Assembly: GCA_945920215.1 (NCBI GenBank)
Contig: CAMEJM010000005.1
Location: forward strand, 42,798 to 106,797
Direction: 5' to 3'
Length of the DNA: 64,000 nucleotides
DNA from: an uncultured bacterium
GTDB taxonomy: Bacteria > Bacillota > Clostridia > Oscillospirales > CAG-272
This document shows, piece after piece, positions 10,344 through 17,696 of the stretch. The position numbers and the translations under genes were made by a program. A model generated the notes under the pieces. That model was not told the DNA's origin, ran no database searches, and saw nothing but the letters and a program-made list of their open reading frames with translations. Position 1 is the stretch's first letter; the number at the start of each line of letters is the position of its first letter.

Positions 10344-10436
10344 CGCTTTGAAAAGAAAACTCATCCCGCCATATTTGTGAGTCTGTATCGCACCGATCCG
10401 AACAGGCAATGGTCAAGATGAGTTTTCTTATAAGCG
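10344..10436 (-). repeat. Long imperfect hairpin with 13-bp perfect inverted arms
   Basis: AAGAAAACTCATC (10353-10365) / GATGAGTTTTCTT (10417-10429), extended by CGCTT/AAGCG. Confidence 0.7.
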
Positions 10437-10452
10437 TAACACAGCAAAAGGG

Positions 10453-11394
10453 TCAGTTATCCAAAATGCGCGTAATCGACAGATCCCCGCTGTCAGTTTT
10501 GATTTGCCAAAGCGGTCCGCCCCCATCAATTTTATGAGTATAGCCGTCCACCGTCTCTTCAAACCCGGAAAGCGCATAGGTTCCGCCGCTCGTTTCATAC
10601 ACTACGGTTAAGGTACTGCCGGTGCGAAGGATTAGCTTGACGTCGCCGCTTGTGCTCTCCACACGGGCCTCTTCCGGCAATGTTGACCCTTTCATGTACT
10701 CGATATACCCGCTTGTACTCTTGACTTCCAGCAAGGCAAGCTCTTCAACCTCTCCGACACAGATTTCGCCGCTTGATGTCTCCACGTTCAGAGTGCGCGC
10801 GGTTCCGTTCAGGCAGTATGCCTTACCCGAGGAGCTGCTCAACTGGACGGTATCCGCCGTAAAGTCTCCGACATGCAACTCGCCGCTTGTGCTTTGGAGG
10901 TCAACGCCTGTCGCTGTCAGACCTCCCAGAATCACATCGGCGGAACCGCTCTTGATCTGTATGTTGTCGAGCAAACATTCGGCAGGAACGGTGATGGCGA
11001 GAGTTTTGGCATGCACCTCTTGCTTCCGCCATTTGGATTTCAGGAACCGGATCCGCAGGGTATCCCCATCCAGCCAGCGGTACAGCACCTCGGAGCTGTC
11101 CACCTCCTGCGGAGTTTCGTCCTTGAGCCCGGTGAACACGACCTCGGAGATGACAATCTCTTGAACCTCCTCGCTCGAGTAAATCCGGATCTCTCCGGCA
11201 CCCCAGTCAATATCGAAATTCTTCACCGTACCGGACGCGTAGTTCGTCGCCCCCGCAGTATATTTTTTTGCGTTCTCATAGGTGTACTTCCCGCTCCATG
11301 AAGTAGGTCTGATTCGAATGTCACAGCTAAAAAGCGCAAGGCATACGCCGACGCCGATAATAAGCACCAAAGCCAAGGAAAGAATGCGTTTCAT
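10453..11394 (-). CDS. DUF4097-like beta-strand repeat lipoprotein
   Basis: AAGGAGG RBS; lipobox LFSC; repeats KSGSADV, QSTSGEL, SSSSGKA, ETSSGEI, KSTSGYI, ESTSGDV, KTDSGDL. Confidence 0.85.
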   Translation of the reverse strand: MKRILSLALVLIIGVGVCLALFSCDIRIRPTSWSGKYTYENAKKYTAGATNYASGTVKNFDIDWGAGEIRIYSSEEVQEIVISEVVFTGLKDETPQEVDSSEVLYRWLDGDTLRIRFLKSKWRKQEVHAKTLAITVPAECLLDNIQIKSGSADVILGGLTATGVDLQSTSGELHVGDFTADTVQLSSSSGKAYCLNGTARTLNVETSSGEICVGEVEELALLEVKSTSGYIEYMKGSTLPEEARVESTSGDVKLILRTGSTLTVVYETSGGTYALSGFEETVDGYTHKIDGGGPLWQIKTDSGDLSITRILDN

Positions 11395-11557
11395 AAAAAG
11401 CCTCCTTATTTGAAATTCTTTTGCGAATACAAATGATTGTTTTTTGTCGGCGCTCGGATGAAAAATGATGTGCAGACAAAAACGCGGAAACAAGCTTCAA
11501 TGTCACGGAAACCGTGGAAACCACTGCCGGTTGAGGTGCGCCCAACAGGCGCGTTTT

Positions 11558-12034
11558 TTATTTATGATACCTTTTCCCCGCAAGAATGGTCAGGGAGCGG
11601 TACAGGCTTTCCGCGCAAATCACGCGCATGAGCTGGTGCGGAAAGGTCATGCGCGAAACCGACAGGCGCAACTCGCACGCCGCCTTGACGCGTTCGTCCA
11701 GCCCGTGGGAGGAGCCGATGACCAGCGCCAGCTTGCCCGTGCGATCCGCCGCAGAGCCGACCAGCGCGGCTAACTCCTCGGAGGAATATTCCTTTCCCTC
11801 TACGCACAAAGCGATCTTATAGGCGTCTGCGGGCAGCGCGGCGAGGATTTTATCGCCCTCCTGTCGCAGCGCGGCGCTGATTTTCTGCGGGTCCTCCTCG
11901 TCTGTGATGCGCACTTCCGGCACGCATACCTCGCGCAGGGAAGCATAGGCGGCGATACGCTTTTCATACTCGGCAAGCGCCGCGCGTAAATACTCCTCTT
12001 TCAGCGTTCCAACGGTGATCAATGTAATTTGCAC
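11558..12034 (-). CDS. rlmH: 23S rRNA pseudouridine1915 N3-methyltransferase
   Basis: VGTLKE, IGSSHGL, SRMTFPHQLMRV, ESLYRS, GKRYHK end. Confidence 0.96.
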   Translation of the reverse strand: MQITLITVGTLKEEYLRAALAEYEKRIAAYASLREVCVPEVRITDEEDPQKISAALRQEGDKILAALPADAYKIALCVEGKEYSSEELAALVGSAADRTGKLALVIGSSHGLDERVKAACELRLSVSRMTFPHQLMRVICAESLYRSLTILAGKRYHK

Positions 12035-12168
12035 GGTAAATTCTCTTTCTCCTGACGGAAACAGGAGCCCTTTCCCGCATTTGGAAACCGGGCGCCGGAT
12101 TTGATATACCGAAAGCGGCGCATACTACCCTCAGAGCACAGCGGCGCCGCCGCGTGCCGGGAGGTTGA

Positions 12169-12372
12169 ATGCCAATGGATATGCCGCTTCTCTTCTGGAA
12201 TGAACTGTCGCAAAACAAACGTGCCATGCAGAACTACGCCGCCCTCACACCGGAGGAAAAGCAAGCCCTGTCGGTACGCGCCTGCCGCATCCGGAATGCG
12301 GGCGCCATGCGTCTTTTGGTCACCTCGATGGACGACTCCGAACGCCTGACGGAATACGGCTCTTATTTTTAA
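12169..12372 (+). CDS. Small hypothetical protein (67 aa)
   Basis: GGAGG RBS; amphipathic helical ORF divergent from rlmH; CATACTA element upstream. Confidence 0.55.
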   Translation: MPMDMPLLFWNELSQNKRAMQNYAALTPEEKQALSVRACRIRNAGAMRLLVTSMDDSERLTEYGSYF

Positions 12373-12442
12373 CGGCAACCGCCCAATCGGGCGGTTGTTT
12401 GCATGAGAGCCGGAGGTGGCTTCCCCGCTCGGCGATCCCGGC

Positions 12443-13627
12443 TCACCTGCCCTTGACCCGGATCAGGCTTCCCACCCCGTCGGAGAGCGCCGCCAAAAAC
12501 AAGTCCACGTCCTCACGGGTGTTCCTGTTCCCGAAACTCACGCGGATGGTACAGTCCGCCGCGCGGTCGCTCAGCCCGAAGGCAAGCATCGCCCCCGACA
12601 GATGGGTGTCGTGAGAGGAGCAGGCGGAACCGCTGGATACATAGATCCCCCGCCCGGACAGAAAGTGGAGCATGGTTTCACTCTTGATGTCCGGCATGGT
12701 CATGCTGACGATATGCGGGGCGGCAACCGGCGGCAGATTCAGAATCACCTCGGACAGCGCAGGCGTGTTACGGACCTGCTCCGTCAGGTACTCCCGCAAC
12801 TCCCGCAGATGCGCGCTTTCCGCCTGAAAATCCGCCCGACCGCGGCGGACGGCCGCGCCGAACGCGGCGATGCCGGGGACGTTCTCGGTCCCGGAGCGGA
12901 GTCCTCCCTCCTGCCCGCCGCCGAGGGCGTGCGCCACCAGACCGCGCGTGCGGATCAGTTCCGGCGATACCCACAGGGCGCCGACCCCTTTCGGGCCTTC
13001 GATTTTATGCGAGGAAACCGTGACCATATCCGCGCCGAGGCTCTTGACGGTAAACGGCACCTTCAGAAACGCCTGTGTGGCGTCCGTGTGCAGCACCGCG
13101 TCGCGCGATTGGGCGCGCATCACGCGCGAGACGGCGGCAAGGTCGTAGAGCGCGCCCGTCTCATTGTTCACCAGCATCATGGTCACCAGAATGACGTCAG
13201 GCGTCATCTCCGCGCGCAAAACCTCCATATCAAGCGCCCCGCCGCGGGTGGGAATCTCCACGACACGGAAGCCCTTGTCGCGCAGCGCGGCAAGCGGCTG
13301 CGCGATAGAGGAATGCTCCCCCGCCGTGGTCAGAATTTTTCCGCCGCGTGCGAAACGGGGTTTGGAAAGCGCCCTGCCGAACACGGCAAGGTTGTTTGCC
13401 TCGGTCCCGCCCGCGGTGAACACCACGGTACCGTTGCCCGTATCTCCGAGTGCTGCGCGCAAGTCGGCGCGCACGCCGGAAATCAGATCCTCCGCGTCCT
13501 TGCCGCGGCTGTGGCGCGAGGAGGGGTTGCCCCAATGCGCCTCGGACGCCTCCACGTAAGCGGCGAGCGCCGCGGAGCATATGCGCGTGGTGGCGCTGTT
13601 GTCCAGATAGATTTCTCTGTTTTGCAT
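12443..13627 (-). CDS. Cysteine desulfurase (IscS/NifS family)
   Basis: YLDNSATT, GNPSSRH, HTDATQA, SSHKIEGPKG (PLP Lys), RSGTENV, SSGSACSS. Confidence 0.93.
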   Translation of the reverse strand: MQNREIYLDNSATTRICSAALAAYVEASEAHWGNPSSRHSRGKDAEDLISGVRADLRAALGDTGNGTVVFTAGGTEANNLAVFGRALSKPRFARGGKILTTAGEHSSIAQPLAALRDKGFRVVEIPTRGGALDMEVLRAEMTPDVILVTMMLVNNETGALYDLAAVSRVMRAQSRDAVLHTDATQAFLKVPFTVKSLGADMVTVSSHKIEGPKGVGALWVSPELIRTRGLVAHALGGGQEGGLRSGTENVPGIAAFGAAVRRGRADFQAESAHLRELREYLTEQVRNTPALSEVILNLPPVAAPHIVSMTMPDIKSETMLHFLSGRGIYVSSGSACSSHDTHLSGAMLAFGLSDRAADCTIRVSFGNRNTREDVDLFLAALSDGVGSLIRVKGR

Positions 13628-13648
13628 CGTTTTGCTATGACGTATCAA

Positions 13649-14818
13649 TCAGTAACGGATTTCCGACAGAATCCTCTCGGTGTCGGCAAGATGAGCGTCA
13701 TGCGCCCCCTCTTTGGTCGTATAAATCATCGTGCGGAATTGGTTGCGGCTGTCCTTTGTTTTGCGGAAGACGTACTGTGTGACTTCGTACCGGACTCCGT
13801 ACTTGGTGCCGGCAAACGTGAAGCTGTAATAGGTACTCTGCCCGGCGACGGCAGGGGCGGTTTGCTCCTCCCCGCTCTCGGATTTGAATGCCGCAGGCTC
13901 GTCTATGACGGTAAAATCCTCATAATAATCCGCATATTCGGCTTTGAGCAGATTCCAGTAATCGATCAGCGTGAAGCCGTTCTCATTCTGCAACGGAATG
14001 CCGTAATGCTCCATGCGTTCGGTCAGCGTGGCGCCGTTGTTTGTCACAGCCCCGGTCAGATCGATCGTTTGGATCCCCACGCTTGCGCCGTCGGGCGCCT
14101 CCGCGCCCACAAAGCCGTCGGAGAGTGTGACCTTCCAATCCTGCGGCACGTAAATATCCATGCCGAGATGTTCAAAACGGTTGGCGCGCTTCATTCCCTC
14201 CGGCGCTTTCGGATCATCCGCCACGGACAGGTCCTCTTCCGGCGCCTGCTTTGCCGTGGTGAACCTGAAATTGCTCACGATTCCCTCCACCTGTGAAAGC
14301 GCTTCCTCAAAATCCACCTTGCCGGTGATTTTTCCCTCCTCGTCGGACGCGGTATAGGTAATGGCGCACAGCCCGCGGGAGGGGTTCTTTTCCTCTGTCA
14401 TGACAAGATACTGGCGGAAGCGGTAACGCAAGCCCGCGTTGCTACCCGTATATTCATATACGTTCGCGTATCTGTCCGCCACAATCACCTCGGTGGGGTA
14501 CCCCTCGGCAAGCGCATAGTCCGGGAAATCCTCTTTCAGACCCATTTCCGCGTCTGCCCAATAGGCGTCAATGCTGTCAAAATCGGTGTCCAGATATGCC
14601 ACCGTCAGATTGGCGGTGTTGATCGAAGACAGGTAAGCGGTCACCACCCCGGAGGTGTTCTGATACGACCACCCTTTGGGGACAAACAGCTCAAACCCGT
14701 CGCGGTCGGGGTCCGACGCAAGGACGTACCCTTTCGGAATATCGTCCTGATTACACGCGCACAAAAGGCAAACGCACGCGAGCAGGAGCGCCGCGAAGGC
14801 AATCAGTTTCTTTTTCAT
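13649..14818 (-). CDS. Lipoprotein with two tandem PsbP/DcrB-like domains
   Basis: Lipobox LCAC; repeated units IPKGY..FELFVPKGW and APEGM..MDIYVPQDW. Confidence 0.7.
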   Translation of the reverse strand: MKKKLIAFAALLLACVCLLCACNQDDIPKGYVLASDPDRDGFELFVPKGWSYQNTSGVVTAYLSSINTANLTVAYLDTDFDSIDAYWADAEMGLKEDFPDYALAEGYPTEVIVADRYANVYEYTGSNAGLRYRFRQYLVMTEEKNPSRGLCAITYTASDEEGKITGKVDFEEALSQVEGIVSNFRFTTAKQAPEEDLSVADDPKAPEGMKRANRFEHLGMDIYVPQDWKVTLSDGFVGAEAPDGASVGIQTIDLTGAVTNNGATLTERMEHYGIPLQNENGFTLIDYWNLLKAEYADYYEDFTVIDEPAAFKSESGEEQTAPAVAGQSTYYSFTFAGTKYGVRYEVTQYVFRKTKDSRNQFRTMIYTTKEGAHDAHLADTERILSEIRY

Positions 14819-14829
14819 GTATCTCCCTT

Positions 14830-16083
14830 TCATTGACCGGCTTTCCCCGCTGCCATGACCGCGGCGGCGGCGCTGAGGATCCCCACCTTACCGCTCTCGT
14901 AGGTCAGCCCGCCTTGAAAATAAGCGAGGTACGGCGGGCGGATAGGTCCGTCAGCCGAAAGCTCCAGAGAGGAGCCTTGGGTAAAGGTCCCCGCCGCCAT
15001 AACCACGGGGTCGGAGTAGCCCGGCATCTGCCACGGCTCACAAGTGACGTACGCGTCCACCGGGGACCCCGCCTGAATGCCGCGGCAGAACGCCACCAGC
15101 GTTTCGGCGGAGCCGCAGCGAACCACCTGAATGATGTCGGAGCGGGTCTTGTCCCACGTCGGCTCGGTTCCGTATCCGAGGGCGGAAAAGATATACGCGG
15201 CGAAATGCGCTGTTTTCAGCGCCTGTGCCACCACGTGCGGGGCAAAGAACAGCCCCTTGAACATCGGCTTTGTCTGACCGAGCGTCGCGCCCACCTCGGT
15301 TCCCTCTCCGGGGGAGGTCAGACGGTAGCCGCACAGTTCAATCAGAGACGCCTTGCCTGCAAGATACCCGCCGCATTCGGCGATCCCGCCGCCGGGGTTC
15401 TTGATGAGGGAACCGACAATCAGGTCGGCGCCCACCTCGGTCGGCTCCTTACACTCGGTGAATTCCCCGTAGCAGTTGTCCACCATCACGTATGCCGCGG
15501 AGCGCTCTTTGACAAAGCGCGCCAGCTCGCCTATCTCGTCGACCGTGAGCGTGGGGCGGTCGAGATACCCCTTGGAGCGCTGAATGAACGCCACCTTTAC
15601 GCGCCGTCCGTACTTGTCCAGCGCGGCGGCAATGGCGCCGTAATCCGGGGTGCCGTCCGGCAACAGGTCGATCGCCTCGTAGTCCACGCCGAAATCGCGC
15701 AGGCTTCCGCAGCCGGGCTTCCCGGTAATGCCGATCACCTCGTCCAGCGTGTCATAGGGCTTGCCCGCCAGGGACAGCAGCACGTCCCCCGGCCGCAGCA
15801 GAGCGAACAGACCGATGGTCAGGGCGTGCGTGCCGCAGGCAATGGAATGGCGTACGATCGCCGCCTCCGCGCCGAACACGCGCGCGTAGATGCGGTCAAG
15901 AGTCTCTCTGCCGCGATCGTCGTAGCCATAGCCTGAGGAGGGCGCGAACGTCCCCTCGGAAACGCGCTCCGCGCGGAACGCGTTCAGTACTTTTTCGGTA
16001 TTGTACTGCGCCACCTCGTCAATATGGGCGAACTGTGGCACAAGCGCCTTTTCGGCTTCTTTGGAAAGCTCTGTCAGATTCAT
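14830..16083 (-). CDS. Methionine gamma-lyase/YnbB (aluminium resistance) family PLP enzyme
   Basis: GYGYDDRGRE, IQRSKGY, VDNCYGEF, GSLIKNPGGG, AAGTFTQGSSLELSADGP. Confidence 0.9.
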   Translation of the reverse strand: MNLTELSKEAEKALVPQFAHIDEVAQYNTEKVLNAFRAERVSEGTFAPSSGYGYDDRGRETLDRIYARVFGAEAAIVRHSIACGTHALTIGLFALLRPGDVLLSLAGKPYDTLDEVIGITGKPGCGSLRDFGVDYEAIDLLPDGTPDYGAIAAALDKYGRRVKVAFIQRSKGYLDRPTLTVDEIGELARFVKERSAAYVMVDNCYGEFTECKEPTEVGADLIVGSLIKNPGGGIAECGGYLAGKASLIELCGYRLTSPGEGTEVGATLGQTKPMFKGLFFAPHVVAQALKTAHFAAYIFSALGYGTEPTWDKTRSDIIQVVRCGSAETLVAFCRGIQAGSPVDAYVTCEPWQMPGYSDPVVMAAGTFTQGSSLELSADGPIRPPYLAYFQGGLTYESGKVGILSAAAAVMAAGKAGQ

Positions 16084-16191
16084 TTTCAGGTTCCTTGGTT
16101 TTACATATTTCAGCCGACAAAGTCGGCGGATTTTCAGAAGATAGGTTTCGGGCGGCACGGCGACGCGCTGCCGCATTGAAGCCACCCTTTT

Positions 16192-17472
16192 TCAAAGGCT
16201 TTCCAGGATACGGCGAAAGGCTTCTCCCCGCGCCACGTAAGAGGAAAACGCGTCAAAGGAAGCGGCGGCGGGAGAAAGCAGCAGCGTACCGCCCGCGGGG
16301 GTATCGTCCAGCGCGGCGGCGACCGCCGCGGCAAACTCCCCGATATAGCAGCACTGCGGCACGCCGGTATAGCGCGGGCAAGCGAGAAGATGATCCCGCA
16401 TATTTTCCCCGCACGCGCCCGTAAATACCACGCGCGCCGCGCGCGCGATGAGCGCCTCCGAAAGCGGCGCGCAGGAGAGGTTCTTGTCGGAGCCGCCGCA
16501 AATGACCGTGCAGGGCGGCGTGACCGCCGTCAGGGTTGCCGCGGTGCGGGCGGGAGTGGTGTCAATCGAGGAATCGTAGCATCTCACCCCGCGGTAGGTA
16601 CCGATATATTCCATGCGGTGCGCCACCCCGTCGAAAGTCTTTGCCACCGCGCGCACTTCCCGCGCGCCAGCACCCACAAGCGCTGCGGCGCACAGCAGGT
16701 TTTCGCGGTTGTAAAGTCCCGGGAGCCGGATGTCCTCCACCCGGCACAGCGGCTCCTCCCCGTGCCAAAGCACCCCGTGCGCCTCGCGGTAGTTGGCGGT
16801 TTCGCAGCGGGCGGAAAACGAAAGAGAGGACAACTCCGGCGCAACGGGGCAAAGCGCGTTCTGTACCCGGCGCGGCGCCCTCAGAAGAATCCTGCGCTTG
16901 GCAAGACGGTATTCCTCCATGTCACGGTGCCAGTTCAGGTGGTTTTCGGTCAGATTGGTGACGGCCGCCGCGGCAAGCGCGGGAGAAAAAGTCATCAGTT
17001 GGAAGCTGGAAAGTTCCAGCACCACGCGGTCGTCCGGCAGTATTCCGTCCGCCTCCGGGAGCAGCGCCCGCCCGATGTTTCCGCCGAGATGCACACGGTA
17101 GCCCGCCTCACGCAAAAGGCAGGCGGCAAGGGTGGCGGTGGTGGTTTTCCCGTCGCTGCCCGTGACGGCGTAAATCGGCGCCCGGCACCTCTCGCAGAAC
17201 AACTCGATCTCAGAGGACAGGCGCGCCCCGCGCGCCACCGCCTCCGCAATCGGAGGAATATCGGGGCGCAGACCGGGAGAGCGCAACAGCACGTCGGCAC
17301 CAATACGGCTCCAGTCGTCCGTCACCCTCAGATCCGGGTAACGCGCCCGCACAGCGGCAAGCTCCTCCGGGCGCACGTACACCGTGAGTTCTGTCACCCC
17401 ATGTGAGGTCAGATAGGAAATGGCGGCGGCACCGGAGCGCCCCGCACCGAGAATCGCATAGGTTTGCGCCAT
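16192..17472 (-). CDS. murD: UDP-MurNAc-L-Ala--D-glutamate ligase
   Basis: GAGRSG, RSPG, TGSDGKTTT, LELSSFQL, NHLNWH, LLSPAAASFD. Confidence 0.88.
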   Translation of the reverse strand: MAQTYAILGAGRSGAAAISYLTSHGVTELTVYVRPEELAAVRARYPDLRVTDDWSRIGADVLLRSPGLRPDIPPIAEAVARGARLSSEIELFCERCRAPIYAVTGSDGKTTTATLAACLLREAGYRVHLGGNIGRALLPEADGILPDDRVVLELSSFQLMTFSPALAAAAVTNLTENHLNWHRDMEEYRLAKRRILLRAPRRVQNALCPVAPELSSLSFSARCETANYREAHGVLWHGEEPLCRVEDIRLPGLYNRENLLCAAALVGAGAREVRAVAKTFDGVAHRMEYIGTYRGVRCYDSSIDTTPARTAATLTAVTPPCTVICGGSDKNLSCAPLSEALIARAARVVFTGACGENMRDHLLACPRYTGVPQCCYIGEFAAAVAAALDDTPAGGTLLLSPAAASFDAFSSYVARGEAFRRILESL

Positions 17473-17547
17473 GCTCCCCTCCGGGTCTTGAAAAGTGGCA
17501 TGACGTCCTGTGTTTTTCCTGTCTCCGTTGTATTGTATGTACTCTTT

Positions 17548-17576
17548 ATTATATGAAATTATCTATCAAAATGCAA
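17548..17576 (-). promoter_or_regulatory. SigA-type promoter of the murD cluster
   Basis: TTGCAT-N17-TATAAT. Confidence 0.55.
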
Positions 17577-17613
17577 CCCCGGAGAAGAATTTGCACCGCA
17601 TTTCCAAATGAAG

Positions 17614-17648
17614 AAAAGGGCTGCGCATGGTAAATACACTGCGCAGCC
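17614..17648 (-). terminator. Intrinsic terminator after the zinc-ribbon membrane gene
   Basis: GGCTGCGCA/TGCGCAGCC stem followed by CTTTT on the minus strand. Confidence 0.55.
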
Positions 17649-17696
17649 GATTTTTCTCTTTTCATGTTTGGGTTGGCTCTTCTCTCAAAAAGCCCT

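Noticed and set aside
10320-10460. Possible integron attC site or SCC-type attR for the post-rlmH cassette
   Set aside because: No properly oriented RYYYAAC/GTTRRRY pair, no second TATCATAA core and no integrase in the window.
11495-11540. ZMP/ZTP or c-di-GMP riboswitch (GTGGAAACCAC hairpin)
   Set aside because: Lacks the GACTG and GCCTGGGC pseudoknot motifs and the GEMM cores; orientation does not fit a downstream gene.
11537-11558. GTGCGCCC resembling a group IIC intron 5' end
   Set aside because: No following domain I sequence, no domain V/VI and no reverse transcriptase ORF.
12071-12089. TTTCCCGCATTTGGAAACC, similar to 60353-60377
   Set aside because: Only two short gapped copies; not enough to call a repeat family.
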